64,000 bases of DNA from an uncultured delta proteobacterium (lineage in GTDB: Bacteria > Myxococcota_A > Polyangia > Polyangiales > Polyangiaceae), in NCBI GenBank assembly GCA_963850305.1, contig CAWKKR010000007.1, positions 672,001 to 736,000 on the forward strand, in the 5' to 3' direction. Below, piece after piece: positions 7,909 to 17,465 of this stretch. Every line of letters starts with the position of its first letter. Position 1 is the stretch's first letter. The notes under the pieces were generated by a model. It did no database searches, was not told the origin of the DNA, and was given only the letters and a program-made list of their open reading frames with translations. A program made the translations under genes and the position numbers.

Positions 7909-10459
7909 CGCAGCTCTGACCGGGCTTGCAGACCTTTCCGCAGCCTCCGCAGTTGGCAGGATCCGTCAGCACGTCGACGCATTGTCCGTCGCAAGCGTTG
8001 GTTTCGCTGCCGCACGCGCACGTGCCGTTGATGCACGACATCGATGCGCGGCACGCGTTGCCGCAACCACCGCAGTGCGACGCGTTCGATGAAAGATCCA
8101 CGCATGCGCCGTCGCAGGTCGTCTCCCCCGCAGGGCACACGCAGGCGCCGGCCGCGCAGTGCTCTCCGGCTGCGCAGGCCTTGCCGCAGCCTCCGCAGTT
8201 TTTCGAGTCTGTGGTGGTGTCGACGCACGCGCCGCTGCACGAGGACGTGCCCGCCGCGCAAGCGCACGTTCCCCCGGCGCAGACCTGGCTTTGGGCGCAC
8301 GCCTTGCCGCACCCGCCACAGTTCTCCGGATCGTTCAGCGGGTCGATGCAAGCGCCGTTGCACTGAGAGAAGGCGACGCGACAAACGCACCGGCTCGCGA
8401 TGCAGCGCTGGGTGTCGTCGCAGTTACCGTCGCACGAGCCGCAGTGGTTCGGATCGCTGGTCAGATCGGCGCAATCGCCGCCGCAAGTGGTCCGCCCTCC
8501 GGCGCACCGGGCGCGGCACTGGCCACCCCCACACACCTGCGACGCGTCGCAGGCCGTTCCACAGGCGCCGCAGTTGTCATGGTCGGCCAGCAAATCCGCA
8601 CAAACCCCCCCACTACAGAGAGTGCTTCGCGCGGGACAACGGCACGCGCCGGAGACACACTCCTGGCCAGCCCCGCACGCCCTCCCGCAGCCGCCGCAAT
8701 TGCTGGCGTCGTCGAGCGTGTCCTTGCAGCCGTCCGCGCAGGCCGTTTGCGAACCCGTGCACGAGCACGAACCATCGCTGCACGACTCACCGGTCCCGCA
8801 CGCGGTGCCACAGGAGCCGCAGTCCGCGGCGTCCGACAGGAGATCGATGCACGCGCCGCCGCATTCCGTCGTGCCCGCGGGACAGACGCAATGCCCCCCG
8901 TTGCAGACCCGCCCCGGTCCGCACGTGAGACCGCACCCCCCGCAGTTGGCGGCATCGTTGCCGGTCTCCGTGCACGCATCGCCGCAGCGCTGTGTTCCGA
9001 TCGGGCAAACGCAGAGCCCGCTTAAGCACTGCAGAGCCGACGGACAAGCGTTGGCGCACGTCCCGCAATTGCGGGGGTCGGTCTCGGTATCGGTACAACC
9101 GTTCGAGCAACTCTGTGTGCCGGGAGGGCAGGTGCAGGCCCCGCCCGGGCAGGCGACACATTTGCCGCCCTCGCACACGCCGCCGTTGCAGCTCACTCCG
9201 CACGCTCCGCAGTTCGCGCCGTCGGTGAGCGTGGCGACGCACATCGAGCCGCAGGGAGTCTCTCCGGACGGACAGACGCACTTTCCGGAACTGCACGACT
9301 CCGCGGAGTTGCAGACGACCGCGCAGCCGCCACAATTCTCTCCATCCGAGAGCGTGCTCACGCAGGCGCCGTTGCAATTCGACAGACCCGTGGGGCAGAT
9401 CGCGACGCATTTGCCTCCCGAACAGGTGCTGCAGCGCGTACCGCAGGCGCCGCAGTTCGCGGGATCCGAACTCGTGTCGACGCAGTCCCCGGAGCACGCC
9501 GTCGTTCCGGCGACGCACACGCATGCGCCCCCGTTGCATGCCCCGTCCGTGCCGCACGACACCGTGCACTTTCCGCAGTTCCGCGGATCCGTCGCGAGAT
9601 TCACGCACATGCCGTCGCAGTCGACGAAGCCTGCGGGGCAGACGCATCGACCGCCCGAGCACGTCTGGCCTCCGTCGCAGAGCACACCGCACGCTCCGCA
9701 GTTTCCTGGATCGCTCGACGGGTCCACGCACGCCTGACCACACTGCACCGATGGAGGCACGCACTTACTCACACACGCTCCCGACTCGCAGAGTGGCGCC
9801 CCGGCCGCGCATGCGTTGCCACACTTGCCGCAGTTCTCCGGATTTGCCGTGAAGGCTCGGCAGACGCCGTTGCAAAGGGACGTTCCTGGGCCGCACGTGC
9901 AGGTCCCGGCGATGCACGTCTCGCCGCCCTCGCAGAGCACGCCGCACGCGCCGCAATTGGCGTTGTCGCTCGCCAGGAAAACACAGGCGCCCGCGCAGGC
10001 CGTCTCACCCGGCAGCGAGCACGCGCATTTCCCGCCCAGGCATACCTCCGCGCCGCCGCAGTCGTTGTCGCAGGTCCCACAGTTGCTGGAGTCCGACGAA
10101 GTGTCCGTGCAGGTACCGTCGCAGTCTTCGAGGCCAGCTCCACAACTTCCCGGGCTGCCTCCAGAACTCGTGCCTCCGGCTGCGGCGCCGCCAACGGCCG
10201 CCCCTCCCGAACCCGTCACGTTGCCGGTGCCCGTCCCTCCCGCGCCTGTCGCGCCGCCGGCAAACCCGCCGTCGCTCGATACGTGAGAGCTTTTGCAGAG
10301 ACCGTCGATGCACGGCACGCCCGGAGCGCAATCGATGGACGTCTGACAGATGTTGACCCCGCTCCGACTGCATCCCGACGCGATGAGGGTTGCGGCGATC
10401 GCGGTAACGATGAAGAAAGAGAGCCCGCGCTTGTCTGCGAGGGCGTACGTGGCGGACAT
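7880..10459 (-). CDS. Cys-rich repeat lipoprotein (18 MXAN_6577/Stig1-like repeats)
   Basis: Lipobox IASGC, Gly linker, then 18 (D/N)xx(N/H/D)CGxCxxxC units of about 41 aa; no catalytic domain. Confidence 0.85.
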   Translation of the reverse strand: MSATYALADKRGLSFFIVTAIAATLIASGCSRSGVNICQTSIDCAPGVPCIDGLCKSSHVSSDGGFAGGATGAGGTGTGNVTGSGGAAVGGAAAGGTSSGGSPGSCGAGLEDCDGTCTDTSSDSSNCGTCDNDCGGAEVCLGGKCACSLPGETACAGACVFLASDNANCGACGVLCEGGETCIAGTCTCGPGTSLCNGVCRAFTANPENCGKCGNACAAGAPLCESGACVSKCVPPSVQCGQACVDPSSDPGNCGACGVLCDGGQTCSGGRCVCPAGFVDCDGMCVNLATDPRNCGKCTVSCGTDGACNGGACVCVAGTTACSGDCVDTSSDPANCGACGTRCSTCSGGKCVAICPTGLSNCNGACVSTLSDGENCGGCAVVCNSAESCSSGKCVCPSGETPCGSMCVATLTDGANCGACGVSCNGGVCEGGKCVACPGGACTCPPGTQSCSNGCTDTETDPRNCGTCANACPSALQCLSGLCVCPIGTQRCGDACTETGNDAANCGGCGLTCGPGRVCNGGHCVCPAGTTECGGACIDLLSDAADCGSCGTACGTGESCSDGSCSCTGSQTACADGCKDTLDDASNCGGCGRACGAGQECVSGACRCPARSTLCSGGVCADLLADHDNCGACGTACDASQVCGGGQCRARCAGGRTTCGGDCADLTSDPNHCGSCDGNCDDTQRCIASRCVCRVAFSQCNGACIDPLNDPENCGGCGKACAQSQVCAGGTCACAAGTSSCSGACVDTTTDSKNCGGCGKACAAGEHCAAGACVCPAGETTCDGACVDLSSNASHCGGCGNACRASMSCINGTCACGSETNACDGQCVDVLTDPANCGGCGKVCKPGQSCVNGTCGTGG

Positions 10460-10499
10460 GGTGCGCGTTAAAATAGCGTGAACGGCCGCGCTCCGCCCG

Positions 10500-12851
10500 T
10501 CAGGGCGACCGACGCACGACCTTTCCGTCGCGTAACACCGCGAATCGTGGCCAGTTCTCCTCGATGTCGAGAACGTCTTCGTGCGTCGCGAACTGGGTCT
10601 TCAGAAAGTCCGCGACGTCCATGGAGCCGTAGAGGCAGCGCAGGAACCGGTCCATCCGTTCGACGACTCGTCGCTGCTTGTCCGGCAGTGGGGCCCGCCC
10701 CTCCTGGTGATTGTAGGCATCGAGCAGCCGGAGCTTGTGGCTCTGGTGAACGAGCGCTTCATAGCGGAACACCGCCTCCAGTTGATTGCCGGACTGCATG
10801 GTCATCTCCTGCACGCGCTCGATCGCGTGGCTCGGGTCGGTCGCCACACGGTCGTACTCTTCACGGCCGAGCACGACGACGTGGTGGCACAGGAGTCTGA
10901 GCGCGTAGGAAGAGTTCACGTCGAGCGTCGAGCGAACGCGCCCGAACACAGGCAGGATCCCTTTGTCCGTGAAGAGTGGCTCCAGCCTGGCGAAGAGCAG
11001 CGCGCCATAGCGGTTCGCCACGCGCTCGAACCGGTGGAGAACCGCGCGGTCGAAGTCGGCGCGCAGGCCCTCGACGCGGCGCCGAAGGCCGCCCCAGCGG
11101 TGCGACCAGCCCTGGAGCTTGGGCACGAAATCGGACCAGAAACGCTCCACGTCTTCCGCCGATACGTTCTCCGCGTTCAGCAGCACCAGCGCATGGATAT
11201 CCTCACCGGCGATGGCGCGCGCCATGAGCGTGCCGACGAACGAGCGCCGGAGCCAGACGAGGTCGTCGTAGTGAAACAGCTCCGGCGAAGGAAGGGGGTG
11301 GTCCCAGTAGCCATCGTCGCGGTTCATCGGCGGAAAATGTGGGCCAACGAGCGTTTTTTTCCACCAGCCACCAGCCTTGCATTCGGACCACGTCGAGGGC
11401 TCGAAGAGATACGTACGCACTCGGGCGACCTTCGGCGGACCGTGCTTGCGCTCGAGTGCGCGATCGTAGAAGCCACCTCCCGGCGCCGTTCCCTCGAGGA
11501 ACCGGTGAACGAGCATGAGTGCACCAGGGACGCCGCCGTGCCCGTAGGGATCGAACCGGCCCGCGAAGTTCCGGACGATGCTGGCCTCGTTGATGCCGAG
11601 CCCTTCGTACACGATGGCCTGATCGACTCGATCATGGTGCGGCGCGCAGAATCGCGGAGGCGATGACTCGTCCGTGGGCGAATAGTGCTGTCGGATCGTG
11701 TGCCAGGTGTCCCCGTCCCAGCTCGCCTCCAGGACGGGTAACGCTTTCGCGGCGGGCAGGGACTGAGGCGGGAACACGCCGTATGCGTGCACCCACCGAA
11801 AAGGATGCAGTGCCCGAACGAGGACGACCGGCCACGTCAGGAACCGAGGCCGCACGCGCTCCCAGAACGGCCAGATCATCCATGTCTGCGCACAGAACGT
11901 GTTGAACGGTAGCGAGAGCAGCGAGATCGCGACGTGCAACAGGACGAGCGCATGAATCGCGGCGTGTCCGGGCGACGAGCAGAAGGTCGAAGGGTCGAGG
12001 GCGAGTGCGGTGCGGGTGTCGAACCACGAGAGCGCGAGCACGATGACGATCAGATTGAAGAAGCCGAAGTTCCCCGTGACCCAGATGGCGAGCATGAGAT
12101 TCACGATCGAAAGGGCTCCGACGACGCTCCACCGTCCCGGCGCGAACACCGTGAACGGAAGCGGGATCTCCGCGACGAACATGACCGCCAGCGCGAGGCG
12201 CTGCACGGGCATCGGCAGGAAGTAAGCGAACCACCCGAACGGCGTCGGAAGGGGTTGATTGACGAAGAAGCTCCGGAGAAAGCCCTTATCGTCGGGCGTG
12301 GTCCCGAGAAACTTGTGCTTACCGAACCCGAACAGCACCCGGAACACGAGTAACCGAAAGACCCACGCGATCGCCGGAAGAGGCGCGGCGGTCGCCTGCA
12401 AGTCGGGGACCGGGTGCGTTGCGGGCAGGAACATCCCCCAGAACCCCGCCTCGAAGAGCATGCAGTCCCACGGATAGACGAGCACCATGGGGCGATCGAG
12501 GGACAGGTACGCGAGGTAACAGACGGCGAAGGCGAGCGGCGTCCAGGGCCCCCCGACGATAATGGCCGTGGCGCCCGCCATGCCGAGCCAGGGGAGGGTG
12601 CTCAGGAACGCGTCGCCCGCGCCGAACCAGAGGAGAGTCGGGAAATAGAAGAACCGCCTCCATGTCGGGAAATCGAGCTCGATGCGCCGCAAGCTGTCAC
12701 CGATCGGCGTGATGCCGCGACGGCCCGCCGTCGGGAGCACCTGCGACGACAGCGACAGGAATGAGACGAGGAAGACGAGCCCGATGCCCCGCGAGACCAG
12801 CCCCCAGATCCAGGTCGGATCCGCGTCGGCCCAGCCGGAGATGAGGTTCAT
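10500..12851 (-). CDS. Lipase maturation factor (LMF1) family membrane protein with C-terminal extension
   Basis: RGIGLVFLVSFLS, YPWDCMLFEAGF, FRVLFGFGKHK, QPLPTPFGW, TGNFGFFN and HAYGVF motifs. Confidence 0.85.
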   Translation of the reverse strand: MNLISGWADADPTWIWGLVSRGIGLVFLVSFLSLSSQVLPTAGRRGITPIGDSLRRIELDFPTWRRFFYFPTLLWFGAGDAFLSTLPWLGMAGATAIIVGGPWTPLAFAVCYLAYLSLDRPMVLVYPWDCMLFEAGFWGMFLPATHPVPDLQATAAPLPAIAWVFRLLVFRVLFGFGKHKFLGTTPDDKGFLRSFFVNQPLPTPFGWFAYFLPMPVQRLALAVMFVAEIPLPFTVFAPGRWSVVGALSIVNLMLAIWVTGNFGFFNLIVIVLALSWFDTRTALALDPSTFCSSPGHAAIHALVLLHVAISLLSLPFNTFCAQTWMIWPFWERVRPRFLTWPVVLVRALHPFRWVHAYGVFPPQSLPAAKALPVLEASWDGDTWHTIRQHYSPTDESSPPRFCAPHHDRVDQAIVYEGLGINEASIVRNFAGRFDPYGHGGVPGALMLVHRFLEGTAPGGGFYDRALERKHGPPKVARVRTYLFEPSTWSECKAGGWWKKTLVGPHFPPMNRDDGYWDHPLPSPELFHYDDLVWLRRSFVGTLMARAIAGEDIHALVLLNAENVSAEDVERFWSDFVPKLQGWSHRWGGLRRRVEGLRADFDRAVLHRFERVANRYGALLFARLEPLFTDKGILPVFGRVRSTLDVNSSYALRLLCHHVVVLGREEYDRVATDPSHAIERVQEMTMQSGNQLEAVFRYEALVHQSHKLRLLDAYNHQEGRAPLPDKQRRVVERMDRFLRCLYGSMDVADFLKTQFATHEDVLDIEENWPRFAVLRDGKVVRRSP

Positions 12852-13029
12852 TCAGCCGGACAAGTTACCCCAACACGATCGCCGAAGAGTCGAAGATTCG
12901 GCCCGGGATTCAGCGGTTTGAAGACTCGCGAACCCGGACCGCGCGAGAGAATTCGTCGCCGATCCCTTGCCCGGGGAGGTCGAAGGCATGCATGCTCGCG
13001 CCTCGAAGCTCCGCGAAGGAGTCAAGTTC

Positions 13030-13446
13030 ATGAAGACCATTTCCGTACTCGCGTTTGGCGTCGCCACCCTTCTCTCGTCCACGTGGGCCGTCGGTCACGA
13101 GGCTTCGACGGCGTCGTCGAGCGACGGGACGACTCACCACGGTGCCAAATCCGGTCATCACGGCAGTCACTCGACCAAGCACGCGAGCCACGCCGACGGG
13201 CGCGACGCTCGCGCCAGCAAGAAGGCGTCGCACTCGGAGAAGAAGACCGCGAGGGCCGACAAGGCGAGCGGCGCGCACGGTTCGAAGAGCGAGGCCAAGC
13301 ACAAGGCCGAGCACGCCGACGCGCGGCGCGCCGAAAAGGGCACCAAGGGCGCCCATCACAGCGCGCATCACGACAAGCGCACCTCGAAGACGGACCATGC
13401 CGACGGCCCCGACGACCGTCGGGTGGCGCGCCGCGATACGCGCTGA
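13030..13446 (+). CDS. Secreted His/Lys-rich low-complexity protein
   Basis: RBS AAGGAG; signal peptide MKTISVLAFGVATLLSSTWA; mature part has 17 His and no Cys or Phe/Trp/Tyr. Confidence 0.7.
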   Translation: MKTISVLAFGVATLLSSTWAVGHEASTASSSDGTTHHGAKSGHHGSHSTKHASHADGRDARASKKASHSEKKTARADKASGAHGSKSEAKHKAEHADARRAEKGTKGAHHSAHHDKRTSKTDHADGPDDRRVARRDTR

Positions 13447-13460
13447 GTCCGTTCAGCCCG

Positions 13461-14180
13461 TCACGCAACCGCTGCTCGCATGTAGCTCGGCGCGCGGAAC
13501 GTCTGATAGACGGGCGCCGGGCCCACGCGTAGAAGATGCCGCACCTCATAGAGCGGTAACGCGAGCAGGTGTTCCCAGTCGGCGACGGGCAACCACGCAG
13601 CGCGCAGGCCGCGAACGAGTCCCTGCAGGATCATGCGCCGCACCCATGGCTCGCGGCCTCGGATGAGCGCGATCGCGACGATGAAACCGACGCCCGGATT
13701 CTTCGTCTGCGCGAAGCTGAAGGCGAGCAGCGAGGCCTCGCCGATCAGGTCGCCCTTGTAGCCGGTCACGACGTGCCAGAGGTCGTGCGTGTCCCGCATC
13801 CGGTTCCGCAGAAACTCCAGCTCCGGCGGCAGATCCTTCGGGTCACGCGTCCGCCCTTCGACGCTTGCCTGCTTCAATCCCTCGGCGGTGATGCCCTCGG
13901 AATCGAGAAAGTTCAGATACTCCCTCCCGAGCGACCCCGCAGGAAGCCTGGACAGGCTTTCGCGATCCAGCAGGGTATCGAGCAGCTCCGGCCTGTCGCG
14001 GAGCAGCGCGGTGCCCGTCGACGTGCGCCGGAACTTCGCCAAGGTCCGGATGCCGTTCTTTCCGGACAGGGCCTCGATGATGCGGAAGACTTGGGCCGTG
14101 TCTTCCGGATTGTGGAGGAGTGCTCGCATGGCGCGCGCCGCGTCGCCAAGTCGAATACCGTGACGGGAATCGGTTGCCAT
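13461..14180 (-). CDS. Coq4 family protein
   Basis: LPAGSLGREY and the RDTHDLWHVVTGY...GEA (HDxxH-x11-E) metal-binding motif. Confidence 0.85.
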   Translation of the reverse strand: MATDSRHGIRLGDAARAMRALLHNPEDTAQVFRIIEALSGKNGIRTLAKFRRTSTGTALLRDRPELLDTLLDRESLSRLPAGSLGREYLNFLDSEGITAEGLKQASVEGRTRDPKDLPPELEFLRNRMRDTHDLWHVVTGYKGDLIGEASLLAFSFAQTKNPGVGFIVAIALIRGREPWVRRMILQGLVRGLRAAWLPVADWEHLLALPLYEVRHLLRVGPAPVYQTFRAPSYMRAAVA

Positions 14181-14211
14181 CGTGCTGAGAGCTCCAGTCG
14201 CCTGCCGCGTA

Positions 14212-14229
14212 ACTTACAACATTGTAAGT
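14212..14229. promoter_or_regulatory. Palindromic operator, probably bound by the adjacent TetR
   Basis: Perfect inverted repeat ACTTACAA-CA-TTGTAAGT in the 78-bp divergent coq4/tetR gap; TTGACA on the minus strand at 14247-14252. Confidence 0.7.
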
Positions 14230-14258
14230 AACACGCACCCGTTGTTTGTCAACTGACC

Positions 14259-14882
14259 ATGCCGAAGAAGCGAGCAGCCATTCCGAAGCCCCGGCCCCGT
14301 CGATCGGCGGAGGAGGCTCGTCGCGAGATTCTCGACGCCGCCGAGCGACGGCTCGGGGAGCTGGGTCCCGACGGGATCCGACTCCAGCAGATCGCGGCCG
14401 ATGTGGGCGTCTCGCATCCCGCCATCCTCCATCACTTCGGAAGTCGTGAAGGGTTGATTCGCGAGGTGGTCGGGCGTGCCGTCGAAAGCCTGGAAGCCGA
14501 GATCGTCCGGTCGATCGAGACGGCGCGGCTCGACGGGGGCTCTCCCGCGCTGGACAACGTGGAGCGTGCGTTTCGGGTGCTCGTCGAGAAGGGGCACGCG
14601 CGGGTCGTGGCCTGGCTGATCCTTTCGGGACACGCACCCGAAATCCAGGGGTCACGAGTGCGCACGGTTGCGGAGGTCGCGCATCGCCGTCGAGTCGAGC
14701 TTGCGCCGCAAGGCGAAGCTCCGGACTTCGAGGATACCCTGTTTCGCACTCTCCTGATCGCGCTCGTTCTCTTCGGCGAAGCCCTCGCGGGCCCCCAGAT
14801 GCGCAAGAGTGCGGGCCTGGATGATCCGGGTGCGGCGCGACGGTTTCGGGAGTGGCTCGCCCGGCTCGTCGTCGAAGCTTGA
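14259..14882 (+). CDS. TetR/AcrR family transcriptional regulator
   Basis: ILDAAERRL...IAADVGVSHPAILHHFGSREGL helix-turn-helix. Confidence 0.9.
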   Translation: MPKKRAAIPKPRPRRSAEEARREILDAAERRLGELGPDGIRLQQIAADVGVSHPAILHHFGSREGLIREVVGRAVESLEAEIVRSIETARLDGGSPALDNVERAFRVLVEKGHARVVAWLILSGHAPEIQGSRVRTVAEVAHRRRVELAPQGEAPDFEDTLFRTLLIALVLFGEALAGPQMRKSAGLDDPGAARRFREWLARLVVEA

Positions 14883-14951
14883 TCGGACGCCGGTCGAAGA
14901 ATGGACACGGGGCTCGGCTTGACGCATTCTCGCCGCTCTGGAGGATCCTTC

Positions 14952-15542
14952 ATGAAGATCGCGCTTCGTCATTCCGTTCTCGCGCTCACTCTCGGAGCTG
15001 CCGCCGTCGCTGCCGCGTGTGGTGGTTCCAACCCGCCCGCGGAGTCCGCACCGGCGGCGTCTGCGACACCGCCCGCGCCTGCGGAGTCCGCAAGCGCCGC
15101 GAGTGCGCCAGAGGCCGCGCCGAGCGCATCGGCCGAGGCGGCGCCGAGCGCAAGCGCCGCGGAAGCAACCCCTCCCGCGGCCCCTGCCTGGGCCGACATG
15201 ACGATGGATCAGAAGAAGGAACTCATGAAGACCCAGGTCATTCCTCAGATGAAGGAAGCGTTCCAGGGGTTCGACGCGAAGAGGTTCGCCGACTTTCACT
15301 GCGGGACGTGCCACGGCCCGGGCGCCAAGGAAGGCAAGTTCGACATGCCGAACCCGAAGCTTCCGAAGCTCGATCCCAAGGACAACTTCGCGAAGCAAAT
15401 GAAAAAGATGCCCGCGATCACGAAGTTCATGATGGAGACCGTGTCTCCGACGATGGCGAAGATCCTCGGGATCCCGCCGTTCAACCCGGAGACGCATCAG
15501 GGCTTCGGCTGCTTCAACTGCCACACGATGGCGAAGAAGTAG
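14952..15542 (+). CDS. Diheme c-type cytochrome lipoprotein
   Basis: RBS GGAGG; lipobox AAAC; Pro/Ala/Ser linker; heme motifs CGTCH and CFNCH, each preceded by a Met-rich helix. Confidence 0.8.
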   Translation: MKIALRHSVLALTLGAAAVAAACGGSNPPAESAPAASATPPAPAESASAASAPEAAPSASAEAAPSASAAEATPPAAPAWADMTMDQKKELMKTQVIPQMKEAFQGFDAKRFADFHCGTCHGPGAKEGKFDMPNPKLPKLDPKDNFAKQMKKMPAITKFMMETVSPTMAKILGIPPFNPETHQGFGCFNCHTMAKK

Positions 15543-15580
15543 GCCCGCGAGGGGCGCCGTCCTTCGGCCGTGGCTAAGCT

Positions 15581-16621
<1,041 letters not shown>

Positions 16622-16641
16622 GTGTCACTCCTCGCTCCCGG

Positions 16642-17211
16642 CTAAATTTCTACGTATCGTTTCCGCAGCGCCGTATAAGCGCGGTGCGCGCGGAGCTTCA
16701 CGGCGCTGACCGTCGTACCGAGGACCTCGGCGGCGTGCGAATGCGAGAGCCCCTGGACCCGCAGTAACTCGAATGCCATGCGCTGGTTTTCCGGTAGCCC
16801 GGCGAGAACGCGAGCGACCACCATCGCCGTCTCCCTGGCGACGAGCTCTTCGTCGGCGCCGGCCGCGGGGGAAGGGAGGGATGCCTCCGCGAATTCGGAG
16901 CTGTCCCGGCGCACGCTGCGGCGGTTCCGGCGTGCGTCGTCGATGAGCAACCGGCGAGCAATGGCGTAGGCCCATGGCAGCACCGCGCTCCCGGCGATGA
17001 AGGTGCCGCGGGCCCGGTGCATCACGAGGAATGTCTGCTGCACGAGATCCTCGGCGTGCGCCTCGCACGTCGTACGCCGGCGCAGATACCGGTAAAGTCG
17101 CTCGGAGAGGACGTCGTACACCACGGCGAACGCCTGATCGTCGCCCGTCGCGTAACGATCCATGGCCAGATCCTCGGGGCGACGTTCCAGCGTAGTCACT
17201 TGACGCCTCAA
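16642..17211 (-). CDS. ECF-type sigma-70 RNA polymerase sigma factor
   Basis: Region 2 AEDLVQQTFL...WAYAIARRLLID; region 4 AAEVLGTTVSAVKLRAHRAY. Start codon uncertain. Confidence 0.9.
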   Translation of the reverse strand: MRRQVTTLERRPEDLAMDRYATGDDQAFAVVYDVLSERLYRYLRRRTTCEAHAEDLVQQTFLVMHRARGTFIAGSAVLPWAYAIARRLLIDDARRNRRSVRRDSSEFAEASLPSPAAGADEELVARETAMVVARVLAGLPENQRMAFELLRVQGLSHSHAAEVLGTTVSAVKLRAHRAYTALRKRYVEI

Positions 17212-17465
17212 AACATTACAGGGCCGTCAGGGGGGCGGCCATGAGCAGATCTCCGAGTTGGTAGACGAGGGGCGTTGCCTGCTCCCCGCTCGCTACGCGA
17301 CTGCTCGTTATCCAGAAACGGCTTTGCGCCGCGTGGGGTTGGGTTTCGGGGGGGCCTCGGCCGCCTTGTCCCCCCGCGGCTCGCTTGCGCGACCACTCCC
17401 TCCGCCGCCTTCGGCGGGCTCGCGCTCGGGGCCGTGAATCGGCTGGACCAAGCGTGGGATGGTTT

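Noticed and set aside
17270..17435. GC-rich hairpins between the Cys-rich gene and the ECF sigma gene
   Set aside because: They look like a REP-like or terminator sequence, but there is one copy in the window and the stems are short, so the support is too weak.
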